A stretch of DNA of 64,000 nucleotides from a virus: IMG/VR virus record IMGVR_UViG_3300032331_000527, positions 64,001 to 128,000 of that record; one strand, 5' to 3'. The notes under the pieces are model-generated. The model was not told the DNA's origin. It did not search any database and saw nothing but the letters and a program-made list of their open reading frames with translations. Below, in pieces: positions 10,645 to 19,927 of this stretch; the stretch's first letter is position 1, and every line of letters starts with the position of its first letter. The translations under genes were made by a program, and so were the position numbers.

Positions 10645-12441
10645 TTAATAACTTATTGTGATCTTGTAATCTTCTGTTTGCGCAGGCGATCTGAAGACAG
10701 GATCTCTTATCTCAGTATATATGACTGCGCCAGAGAACAATTTTAGAGCAGGCTTAGATACAGAAACGACGTTCGCCGTCACACCTGTAGTTTGCCCAAC
10801 AACAAGTTCGTTTGTTTGAAAACCTAATCCAATTCCATTAGTCGTCACGCGAATCATCTTCAGATGTCCAGATGTTCTCGCGCCGTTGGTGTTAGCGAAA
10901 TAAACTAAACGAGCTTTAGCTTTGCTCTTTTGTCCTAGAATAATTTCATCGCCTTGAAAATCTCCCGACACATATGTAACACCAAGATTCGTTGTTTGAT
11001 CAATAACAGAAGTATTTGCGATTGATCCATTAGCAAATAGAGGATCTTGGATCAATCCGATGATTCTAAAGTCGTTGTTAGTAGGGAACGTTTCCGATTC
11101 TGAACCAGCAGTACGAACGTTAAACATAACAGACGTTCCGTATAGCTCATCAACTGGGTCCGAACCGTGTCCGCCTAAAGGAGAAATGACTGGTCTAGCT
11201 GTAGCACCGTATCCATTATTAGACGTGATCGTTACGTTAGCTGACGAATATGAACGTCCTTGATTAATGATCTTAATGTATTTAATTTGTCCACCAGTTG
11301 TATTCGACACATACGCAGTCGCGCGAGAGTCAATTGTTCCTCCAGAATCACCTCGAATCGTAACGAGAGGAGAGATAATATAACGACTCGAAGTTGTTGG
11401 TGTTGTAGAAAAAGCAGAGTTAACGATCAGAGTATTATTAGAACCATAATACTTCGTGATTTTTCTATACTCGCCAGCACCAGCACCTTCACTGATAAAC
11501 AATCCGGATCCCGTCCATACGCCGTCCGCCTGAAGAGAATTTGATTTTAACGTGAACGCAACCGTGTTGACAATCGCAGAAAAAAGATTTGACGTTGCAA
11601 TATAATTAGTACCATTAGCCAACATATTAACGTGATGGATTGCGCCATTAGCTGCGTTTGTTTGTACGCTCCATTGTGAAGAACCGTCATTGCTCTTCAG
11701 AGTTTTAACAGGAATAAAATCTGTTGAACGGAACTTGATGATTTCACCAGCCGTTACTGTGTACATATATTTCCAACGATATTTATCAGCAGTTATAATG
11801 ATCGAAGATGGATCCGTACCAGTTGGTTTATAATACGAATTCGCACCGCGATTGTTATCGATGCACTTATAGACGTTGGAATCATCAGTAAAGACAAAAA
11901 ACTCTTTGTTATACAAAGCATAATCTGTGTCATCGTATTTATCGTAATAATGATTGTACGCCCAATTATAACGATAACATACGTGTGTAGCATCAGAAAC
12001 TTGCACTTTTTTCAGAGAAATCATATTACGCCAAATATCATAATATAAGTTTTGATAGCTATCTTCTACTTCAGGCGGATCTTGTTCTGAAAAAAGTTTA
12101 CGGATATATGCGTTAGCGCCTGTCGTATTAGAACCATTCGGACGAGGCGATACGATCATTGTTTGTGCTGTTTTTATTGAAACAACACGTACAGTTTGAG
12201 TTTGATTCGTAACGCCTACATAATCACCGACAGCTAATTCAGTATTGAATAAAGTACCTTGTCCAACAATCGTGTTGCTTGTGTAATTAGTTTTCACCTT
12301 TCCAGTCAAAGGAATGCTATTCGCAAGCGCATAGCTCTTCGCGATGAAAAGATAATAGTTAGTAGGATTGCTTTCACTCACCGATTCAAACATCTGAATC
12401 GCTTGATGAACCTTAAAATGACGAGGTACTAATACTGACAT
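10645..12441 (-). CDS. 8: Baseplate wedge protein gp8
   Basis: VYKCIDNN, DKYRWKYMY, GGHGSDPVDEL and NDFRIIGLIQDP motifs of T4-like gp8. Confidence 0.85.
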   Translation of the reverse strand: MSVLVPRHFKVHQAIQMFESVSESNPTNYYLFIAKSYALANSIPLTGKVKTNYTSNTIVGQGTLFNTELAVGDYVGVTNQTQTVRVVSIKTAQTMIVSPRPNGSNTTGANAYIRKLFSEQDPPEVEDSYQNLYYDIWRNMISLKKVQVSDATHVCYRYNWAYNHYYDKYDDTDYALYNKEFFVFTDDSNVYKCIDNNRGANSYYKPTGTDPSSIIITADKYRWKYMYTVTAGEIIKFRSTDFIPVKTLKSNDGSSQWSVQTNAANGAIHHVNMLANGTNYIATSNLFSAIVNTVAFTLKSNSLQADGVWTGSGLFISEGAGAGEYRKITKYYGSNNTLIVNSAFSTTPTTSSRYIISPLVTIRGDSGGTIDSRATAYVSNTTGGQIKYIKIINQGRSYSSANVTITSNNGYGATARPVISPLGGHGSDPVDELYGTSVMFNVRTAGSESETFPTNNDFRIIGLIQDPLFANGSIANTSVIDQTTNLGVTYVSGDFQGDEIILGQKSKAKARLVYFANTNGARTSGHLKMIRVTTNGIGLGFQTNELVVGQTTGVTANVVSVSKPALKLFSGAVIYTEIRDPVFRSPAQTEDYKITISY

Positions 12442-12444
12442 TTA

Positions 12445-13041
12445 TTAGGCAGACGCTGTGTAGGTAATGTTAACAACGTCACCAGAAGCGATCGTCTTAT
12501 CTCCACCAGTGAACAAACCAGCTGAATAAAGGACGCCAGAAAAGCCACCTTTCTTAGCAGCACCACCACCAACACCACCACTATTGTTATTGGCCATAAG
12601 GAACGTACCCTTAACTGTGTTAGCTGAAGTGATAGAGTATACTGCAGCCGTTGATGTAGCTTTTGAACCGCTTGCTGCAACAGAAAATGTAGGCTGAGGA
12701 CGAGCAGGTTGTGAATAACCGAAGAATTCTGTCCAACCCGTATGGGAGTTTGCAGTATCGCCGACGGCAACTGCTGTGTAGCTGGTTGAGCTGATCATTC
12801 CGAGGAACACCTTACCACCAGCAACTCCTGAATATGTGTTGCTCGCTAGATATGTGTTCAGAAGATGATTCTTACCCTGTGTAGTCACGAGATTGTCGAA
12901 TTCTTCTTCCCACTTAAGATTTCCTTGTACGTCAAAGCACTTTGCTGTATACTTTCCTGTTATATTAACTGATTCCACTTCCTTAGCTCCTCTGATAACT
13001 GAAGCATCTGCGGCTTCCATCGGTTTAATAAGTTCTGACAT
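12445..13041 (-). CDS. Putative virion structural protein
   Basis: 198 aa with NLVTTQGKN motif; GGAG Shine-Dalgarno and a TATAAATA late promoter upstream. Confidence 0.6.
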   Translation of the reverse strand: MSELIKPMEAADASVIRGAKEVESVNITGKYTAKCFDVQGNLKWEEEFDNLVTTQGKNHLLNTYLASNTYSGVAGGKVFLGMISSTSYTAVAVGDTANSHTGWTEFFGYSQPARPQPTFSVAASGSKATSTAAVYSITSANTVKGTFLMANNNSGGVGGGAAKKGGFSGVLYSAGLFTGGDKTIASGDVVNITYTASA

Positions 13042-13056
13042 TTTGTCTCCTATGCG

Positions 13057-13064
13057 TATTTATA
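13057..13064 (-). promoter_or_regulatory. T4-type late promoter TATAAATA
   Basis: Exact TATAAATA on the minus strand just upstream of ATG 13041. Confidence 0.75.
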
Positions 13065-13071
13065 CTGTTTG

Positions 13072-16017
13072 TTATGGAACTGAACTGTACCAGATTCTCG
13101 TATTCGCTGAAACAGGGTCGAAATTGGTGCGAATCGTGAATGCTGTATTTGAGAAGATCGCATTGACCTGATATATTGGAGATCCACCGACAGGAACACC
13201 AGCTGTTGTAATGATATATAGGTTGGAACCAACATCACCAACCGAAACAGTACCAGTGTTGGCTTTAAGCGCACCGTTTGCGAATTTCGCGCCGATTGAA
13301 CCCGAAGTAACAAGGCGCGGAGTCCCGTCCAGAGCGCCAACAGGAACGCCAGCATAAGGAGCAATTTGAGAACTTGCATATACTGAAATGATATTGTTTG
13401 CATATTGAACAACACCATATATGCCAGACATAAGGGCAAATCGTTGTCCCTGATGCGTAGCAGCAGCGGTAATCGTTTCAGTGATCTGAGTGTTAGCTGT
13501 GTAGGTCGCAGTATGTGTAGCAGTTGAAGTAACAGACTCAGAAGCGAACGTGTTAGCTGTGTATACACCAATCGCAGATTCTGTTGCTGTAATAGATTCA
13601 GTTGCGAACGTGTTAGCTATGAACGTTGCTGCATGTGTAGCAATCGAAGTTATCGTTTCAGTAGCGAACGTGTTAGCTGTATATGTAGCTGTATGTGCGG
13701 CAGTCGAAGTGACAGATTCTGTAGCGAACGTGTTAGCTGTATATGTAGCTGTATGTGCGGCAGTCGAAGTGACAGATTCAGAAGCAAACGTATTAGCAAT
13801 ATAAGTGACAGAATGAGCAGCAGTTGCTGTAATAGATTCAGAAGCGAATGTGTTAGCTGTATAGGTGACTGAATGTGTGTCAGTTGATGTTACAGATTCT
13901 GTGGCAAACGTGTTAGCTGTGTATGTAGCTGTATGAGCAGCAGTTGATGTTACAGATTCTGTGGCGAATGTGTTAGCTGTGTATACGCCAGTATGTGTAG
14001 CAGCTGCTGTAATAGCTTCTGTTACATTTATACCACCAGTGTATGACGCAAGAGCAGAAGGAGTATCTGTAGCCACAATTTTTTCTACGATATTGCGGCG
14101 AGTAACAACAGCTGAGCTATCAATAACTGTAGGATCGAGTGTGATACCTGATGAATGGATATAGTCGCCAAACATCTTTGTTCCTGCTGGATGCAGCAAC
14201 GCTTTGACGATGTCTTTATATTTTTCTACCGTTTCAGTTAGACGAAGAACGTAAGAGAATTCTTGATAGTAATAGTTGTCCTGGAGTCGATTGTTCCAGC
14301 TCAAGAATCCCTTCGTGTCGAGATAACGACCTGGGAACGAAACGAATCCAGAAGGTTTAACTGAAGAGTATGAATTAAACGTCTTCTTACGAATTGTGTA
14401 TTTCGTATTCGCGGCTCCGCTCACGCGAGATCCTGTGTAAGAATCTGTTATTAGCGTGTTACCCTGAGTCGTATTGATAATCGTAGCACGACCAGTTTTA
14501 TTGAAATCTGCGCCAGGACTTACTATTGCAATTTTTACGATTGCACCTGGTGCATTGTTTGTCGTGACAACGCAGTTGTTTCCAAGAACGTTGCCATACG
14601 TGTCAGCAAGATTAAGCTTGGAAATGCTATCGTCAACGATACGAATTGTAGGTAGAGTCGTATATCCATATCCAGGATTTGAAATAGCGATAGCATTGAT
14701 ACTGAAAATATCTGTGCTGCTGTAGTTCAACGCAGAAACAATTCGTGTTGAAATGTTGGCACCAGCCAATCCAATATATGCGTTAGCACCAGAACCAGCT
14801 ATAGTAACTGTTGGAGTGAAGGCAGAAATGAAAGCTGTTGCGTTAACAATAGAATGAACACGCATTGTGTTGGCTGATCCGAACACGCGGACCAGATTTC
14901 CAACTGCTAATTGATTAACAAAACTTGTTCCTACACCAATAACGGTATTTGATACAGAAGATAATTTTACTGCGCCTGATAGTTTTCTGTAAACAGTAGA
15001 TGTATTCGCAACACCACCAGAAACAGGTCTAGCAAAAAATTGAGAATTGAGACGCACGTTTCTAACAGAACCAATTAGATCTGTGTTGATATTAAGACCA
15101 GAAATAGGCTCGGAACTAAACGAAGCGATAGTGGCTTCAAATCCAGTACCGTTTCCCCCTGAAATAATTAAGCGTGTATTTTCTTTTGTGTATCCGTTAC
15201 CGCCCTTAGCAACTTTAGCTGTTACGGCACTTTTGTTTGAAACTTCTGTGATTCTTCCGATAGCTGCTTGAGTTGAACCAGCACCATCGATACTAACTTG
15301 TTCGCCTTGTGTGTGATAAGCTCCACCGTCAATAACACCGACTTCAATAAGCGATCCCGTTTGAGCATTAACCGTTACGAAATTATCTGTATTGTCAATG
15401 TCAACAACACGCTCACCATCGGAAAAGTTTCCAACGATCTGCTCTAGTGACATATCATAAACTGTTAGACCAGAAGCATCTTTACAAAGAATATCCTGCA
15501 CGTATGCAGTAGCACCAGATACTACGCCTCGAATTCTTCTACCTTCAAATAAACGAGGATTTTCGCTAACAGGATCACCGACACGAAGACGAATTTCTTT
15601 AGTCCATCGTCCGTCAGAAGCGCGAAGAATATCATCGCCTGGATAGTAAAATTCTAGCTCTTTATTAAAGAGTGCACGGAACAGGAATTTATATGATTCT
15701 TGTGAACCACGAGCGCGATAAAACTCACGAATATGTTTGGCTAATAGGCGTTTGTTGGCAAGAACAGATCCTGGAATATTAACCATGAACTCTTTACGAA
15801 AATATTCAACAAAAGAATCGACTGTTCTGTCTATGTCTTGATTATCAATAAGAGAACGTGCTTCGTAGACAGGACTACCTGGTTGCTCCATATATTCAAA
15901 ATAAGCTTTAAGGAACGCAACAAATTGCGGACCTTCCTCACGAACGAAACCAGGAAACTGTGTTTCGACCTGTGAAGAAATCTTTTTGAATAGTTCCTGT
16001 GAGCCAGCTATTGCCAT
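13072..16017 (-). CDS. 7: Baseplate wedge initiator, gp7-like, with C-terminal tandem repeats
   Basis: QFPGFVRE, FYRARGSQESYKFLFRALF, LQDNYYYQEFSY and HPAGTKMFG motifs; lies between gp6 and gp8. Confidence 0.75.
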   Translation of the reverse strand: MAIAGSQELFKKISSQVETQFPGFVREEGPQFVAFLKAYFEYMEQPGSPVYEARSLIDNQDIDRTVDSFVEYFRKEFMVNIPGSVLANKRLLAKHIREFYRARGSQESYKFLFRALFNKELEFYYPGDDILRASDGRWTKEIRLRVGDPVSENPRLFEGRRIRGVVSGATAYVQDILCKDASGLTVYDMSLEQIVGNFSDGERVVDIDNTDNFVTVNAQTGSLIEVGVIDGGAYHTQGEQVSIDGAGSTQAAIGRITEVSNKSAVTAKVAKGGNGYTKENTRLIISGGNGTGFEATIASFSSEPISGLNINTDLIGSVRNVRLNSQFFARPVSGGVANTSTVYRKLSGAVKLSSVSNTVIGVGTSFVNQLAVGNLVRVFGSANTMRVHSIVNATAFISAFTPTVTIAGSGANAYIGLAGANISTRIVSALNYSSTDIFSINAIAISNPGYGYTTLPTIRIVDDSISKLNLADTYGNVLGNNCVVTTNNAPGAIVKIAIVSPGADFNKTGRATIINTTQGNTLITDSYTGSRVSGAANTKYTIRKKTFNSYSSVKPSGFVSFPGRYLDTKGFLSWNNRLQDNYYYQEFSYVLRLTETVEKYKDIVKALLHPAGTKMFGDYIHSSGITLDPTVIDSSAVVTRRNIVEKIVATDTPSALASYTGGINVTEAITAAATHTGVYTANTFATESVTSTAAHTATYTANTFATESVTSTDTHSVTYTANTFASESITATAAHSVTYIANTFASESVTSTAAHTATYTANTFATESVTSTAAHTATYTANTFATETITSIATHAATFIANTFATESITATESAIGVYTANTFASESVTSTATHTATYTANTQITETITAAATHQGQRFALMSGIYGVVQYANNIISVYASSQIAPYAGVPVGALDGTPRLVTSGSIGAKFANGALKANTGTVSVGDVGSNLYIITTAGVPVGGSPIYQVNAIFSNTAFTIRTNFDPVSANTRIWYSSVP
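13450..14025 (-). repeat. In-frame 60-bp (20-aa) tandem repeat, about 9.5 units, consensus ESVTSTAAHTATYTANTFAT
   Basis: tgttagctgt or a close variant recurs every 60 nt from 13491 to 13971; the units at 13681 and 13741 are nearly identical. Confidence 0.95.
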
Positions 16018-17900
16018 TAGTAGCTATACAACTTTGCTGTTGGTGTTAATATGGTAGCAGTTTGTCCTGTAGTATCAATGTTTGAAGCAGAAGCTAATAC
16101 TTTACCAGTTTTATCGTCAATGATATTAACATGGCTCTGAGAGATCAATAGAATCTGATTGCGAATCGGCTGAACATTTACCTCAACTGGTGCTACGATA
16201 ATAGAGATACCAGAATTTTCGAATGATGTAGGCAAGAAATTGTTAATAGTAACAACACCCGTATCGTAATCAACAGTTCCTGCGTTCGAAATAACGTATA
16301 CTCTACCTAATGTTGCAGCAGCAGATTTATAGTATGCACGAATTCTTCCATATCCATTATCATCGAAGAAGCATTCTTGTCCGCCATATACGAATGGTGA
16401 AGAAGTCAAGCAGCCATAAGCAACAGAGCTTCCTGCTCCATTTTTATCACCAAGTCTTTGAATCGCGCAGTTAAATTTAAGAGTATAAGTTCCTAGCATC
16501 AGAGTTGATGGTGTGAAGAGTTTCTTCAAACGAATATGTGCTGTCGTTGTTTGAAATGAATCGTTTCCTCCATCAATATAGCTCAAGAATCGCGAGAATC
16601 TAAAACTCTTTGAGAATGTGGAAAGATATGATTCTTCAAAAGCCATAATGCTATCCGCAACAACAGTTGCTAACTCGCCTGGAGTTAATGATGTTGCGTT
16701 CATGTTGTATCTCACATCAACGTATGGCACAATATACATGTATGTGGGATCAACGATTTGTGTATCAATCGATTGAACATTATACTTACGAATAGAATTT
16801 CTGATTTCGTCTTTGCGATTCTTAGAAAACAGAATACCGGATTTAGGTTTCGCGCATACGAATACTTTACCGTAGATAGGCGGATCGTTTTCTTCTCCAC
16901 CCCAAACACTAATAGCTTGAATGTCTGGGTTGTCGCGAAGAAGAATACGCTCGTAATCTGGCGCAGTCACAGAACGATTTTGTGTTTCATATCCTCGAGG
17001 AGCATTAAATCTTACTGATTCAATTCCTTCGATTTCAGCTCCACCAGATGAACGTCCGATTGAAGTCACGCGAATTGAAGATTGGCCGTCGATAGTAGGA
17101 TTGACAATAGAAAAACTATTTGCGCCGTTCGGAGCACTACCAGAACACACACGATAATCTATAGCGACGATACTATTCGTTGGTGGTTGTTTACCAAAAA
17201 TTCCGTCTCCGAAATATACCTTATAACGCTGTTGTCTATCAGCTTCTGTATAGAAAACTTGACTGCTGCTATTTACACTAAACACATCATCAACCAAAAT
17301 GTATGGCTGAACGTTACCAGAAGAAGTGACGGTCACAGAGATACTTGAAGTATCTACGTTATCATTTGGAAGGATGAATGCTGTGTTTGATGTACGATTA
17401 TAAACGTATCTGTGTATCAATGGTTGACCTTCAACAATACGAATATAATCAGCAAATCCTCCACTTGAATTTGCTGATATCGTATAAGTCTGTGGTGCCA
17501 CGAAATTGTAAAGAGAGTTGTTTACGATGGCACTGAAACGTGTATTCTTAGGGACACGAATCGAACGGAAAACACCATTCGATTGACTCATCGTAAAAGT
17601 GAGCTGAATGTTCGCGCTAGATCCGCGAGCGCTTGTGGGTGTGTATCCAAGCTTCTTCGCGTGCGAGACTACGCTATCATACTGCTGTGCTGTGTCAATG
17701 AACGACTCGTTAGTAGCCATATTGACATAGAAAGCATTATAGTATGTGTTGTATGCTAGAAGATCAAGCAGAGTTCCGATAGCCGAGTCATCCAGATCGT
17801 AATCTGTGAACTCTGGTTTAGAAGCGACGTAGTTGCGTAGATTACCACGAATCGTGTCGAAATCTAAGCCCGTTACAACGATATCTGTTTTCGCAGCCAT
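16017..17900 (-). CDS. 6: Baseplate wedge protein gp6
   Basis: LDFDTIR, LLDLLAYNTYYNAFY, FGDGIFGK, QNRSVTAPDY and WGGEENDPPIYGKV motifs. Confidence 0.92.
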   Translation of the reverse strand: MAAKTDIVVTGLDFDTIRGNLRNYVASKPEFTDYDLDDSAIGTLLDLLAYNTYYNAFYVNMATNESFIDTAQQYDSVVSHAKKLGYTPTSARGSSANIQLTFTMSQSNGVFRSIRVPKNTRFSAIVNNSLYNFVAPQTYTISANSSGGFADYIRIVEGQPLIHRYVYNRTSNTAFILPNDNVDTSSISVTVTSSGNVQPYILVDDVFSVNSSSQVFYTEADRQQRYKVYFGDGIFGKQPPTNSIVAIDYRVCSGSAPNGANSFSIVNPTIDGQSSIRVTSIGRSSGGAEIEGIESVRFNAPRGYETQNRSVTAPDYERILLRDNPDIQAISVWGGEENDPPIYGKVFVCAKPKSGILFSKNRKDEIRNSIRKYNVQSIDTQIVDPTYMYIVPYVDVRYNMNATSLTPGELATVVADSIMAFEESYLSTFSKSFRFSRFLSYIDGGNDSFQTTTAHIRLKKLFTPSTLMLGTYTLKFNCAIQRLGDKNGAGSSVAYGCLTSSPFVYGGQECFFDDNGYGRIRAYYKSAAATLGRVYVISNAGTVDYDTGVVTINNFLPTSFENSGISIIVAPVEVNVQPIRNQILLISQSHVNIIDDKTGKVLASASNIDTTGQTATILTPTAKLYSY

Positions 17901-18319
17901 TAGCGGACCTTATTTAAGTTGACGTCTACTACAACGTCTGCAAGTGTAATTGCGTTGCGATAACTAATCGTAACGGAAAGAGAATTCATATCAGGATATT
18001 CTTTCACTGAAACAGAGAACGAATCTAATATAGCACGAGGCTCGTAGTTTTTGATAACAGTCTTAAGGCGCGATTCAAAGTCGGATCTATCAATGCTATC
18101 AAACAAATCGAAAAGGCGTCTACGGATATCTCCACCATACTCTGGGCGAAAAGGACGCTCATACTTATTCGTTAATATCAAATTTTTAAGAGCTTGCTTA
18201 ACGGCGTCATCATCTTTCTTAACGAGCAATTTACCCGTAGAAGGATGACTACGAAATGAAAGATCAAAATCCTTACTCGTTACCTTTTTTAGTGACGTTG
18301 GCAGAACTCTTTTTTGCAT
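17900..18319 (-). CDS. 25: Baseplate wedge protein gp25
   Basis: AVKQALKNLILTNKYERPFRPEYG and IKNYEPRA motifs. Confidence 0.9.
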   Translation of the reverse strand: MQKRVLPTSLKKVTSKDFDLSFRSHPSTGKLLVKKDDDAVKQALKNLILTNKYERPFRPEYGGDIRRRLFDLFDSIDRSDFESRLKTVIKNYEPRAILDSFSVSVKEYPDMNSLSVTISYRNAITLADVVVDVNLNKVR

Positions 18320-18337
18320 TTAGATATCCCTTTTTCT

Positions 18338-18345
18338 TATTTATT
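18338..18345 (-). promoter_or_regulatory. Late promoter variant AATAAATA upstream of gp25
   Basis: 7/8 match to TATAAATA, about 19 nt before the gp25 start. Confidence 0.55.
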
Positions 18346-18357
18346 CAGAAAAAAGTC

Positions 18358-18386
18358 TTGACAAGCGTCTACTTTACCATTATAAT
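18358..18386 (+). promoter_or_regulatory. Consensus sigma70 promoter pointing antisense into late genes
   Basis: TTGACA-17 nt-TATAAT with an A-rich upstream tract; no plus-strand gene follows. Confidence 0.8.
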
Positions 18387-18413
18387 AAGAATTGTATTCA
18401 ACGGGTCATAATA

Positions 18414-19916
18414 TCAACAATAAGTCTTATTCGCAGCTACATCAGCCGCAATTAATTGCTCGCGAGCAGCAGTTAGTTCATCATCCTCTTCGATAATACA
18501 CAAAGCTTCGAGTACGCTCATCGTAGGTTTGATTCTAGGATACTTTTTCGTTAATGTTTGATAGCTGCAAGAAGTGAGTTTTGTATAGTCAACCATTGCG
18601 AGTAGTTCTTGAGTATGCATCTCGACCTTAGCAGCCAAATCCATACGTTGCTGTTCGAGTTGAGCCATCTTCGTTTCACGACCATATCCTCCGCTACTCC
18701 AATTCACGGAGTTGGCATTACCGACAAGTTTATTTCCATATGAAGTAGCGGATGCCGACTTCGCAACTAATGGCGTCTGAGGAGCAATCGTAGCTTGCAT
18801 TCCCATAAACATAGATAATGGTTGCTTTAAGCTAGACATAGCTCCTGCTGCAGCTCCTTCAGCAAACAGATTCTTCATCTCGATTGGTTTCTTTGGCTTA
18901 GGAGGTTTAGCTGTTTTAACTGCATTCATAGCGTCCATAGTAGGTGTTCTTCCGGGCATTGGAAGAAGCTTTGACAATCCACCAGCGAGCGCCATATTAG
19001 GAACCATAGAACCTATATTAAATCCTGCGCCACCAAGAGCGCCTGTGATAGCACCAGCAACCATTTTTCCTGCGATGGCATTAACATTGATCATAGGAAA
19101 CTGCTGTTTGATCCCTGCTGCTTGTGCTGCGAATGCTATTGGATTACTAGCCATATCAGCTAAACTTGCAACCTGACTTTGCAAGCTAACAACATTCGCA
19201 AGAGCATCGGCTCCAGGTATGTCAGAAAGAAAACTTCCTCCGACTGATTTAAAAAGAGCAGAAGCTGGGCCGCTAATCATTCCTTGAAGTGTTGCTTTGA
19301 CAGAAACAATTTGATTCACAATATCTGCAGCACCATTCATCTTGAACGGAAGACTTTTCATCACACCACCAATAGCGCCTTTAACAGCTTCTACTGGTCC
19401 ATCTAATCCTGGAGGCATAAAACCAGAAGCGATTCCACCAAGAGCGCCACCAATTCCTCCTCCAAGAGCACCACTTAATACGCCACCAACAGAACCACTT
19501 AATGCTCCACCTAACGCAGCTCCTGCGCCAGCTCCGCTTAAAATATCACCAGCAAGTCCACCAACTGTATTACCCATAACGTCTTTAAGCGCTCCGCTAC
19601 TTACAGCAGCTTGCAATGCAGTAGCAACAGCTCCGCCAGCTAGTGCTGCTCCTATGTTTCCCGTGAGCGCATGCGAGATAGAAGGATCCATCTGAAATCT
19701 TGTTGGTGGTCTATATCCGAGTGGATCTGCCATCATATTTCTAGCGACTTCTAAATCAAGAAGTTCAGGATGATCGCGAGTTAACGTATCAATCTGATCC
19801 ATAATAACATCTAGACCAGTATATTGATAATCAACACAATTAATCGTAACAATAGTACCAGGAATGATGCCTGGATATGTTTGTGATAGCTGTGTGTCTA
19901 TTGTAAGTTGATCCAT
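18414..19916 (-). CDS. Gly/Ala-rich hypothetical protein in the gp5-gp25 interval
   Basis: 500 aa with long GxxxG glycine-zipper-like stretches. Confidence 0.6.
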   Translation of the reverse strand: MDQLTIDTQLSQTYPGIIPGTIVTINCVDYQYTGLDVIMDQIDTLTRDHPELLDLEVARNMMADPLGYRPPTRFQMDPSISHALTGNIGAALAGGAVATALQAAVSSGALKDVMGNTVGGLAGDILSGAGAGAALGGALSGSVGGVLSGALGGGIGGALGGIASGFMPPGLDGPVEAVKGAIGGVMKSLPFKMNGAADIVNQIVSVKATLQGMISGPASALFKSVGGSFLSDIPGADALANVVSLQSQVASLADMASNPIAFAAQAAGIKQQFPMINVNAIAGKMVAGAITGALGGAGFNIGSMVPNMALAGGLSKLLPMPGRTPTMDAMNAVKTAKPPKPKKPIEMKNLFAEGAAAGAMSSLKQPLSMFMGMQATIAPQTPLVAKSASATSYGNKLVGNANSVNWSSGGYGRETKMAQLEQQRMDLAAKVEMHTQELLAMVDYTKLTSCSYQTLTKKYPRIKPTMSVLEALCIIEEDDELTAAREQLIAADVAANKTYC

Positions 19917-19927
19917 TATTATACCTT

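Noticed and set aside
13450-14025. 60-bp periodic repeat as a CRISPR array
   Set aside because: There are no unique spacers; the whole unit repeats in frame inside a protein-coding gene.
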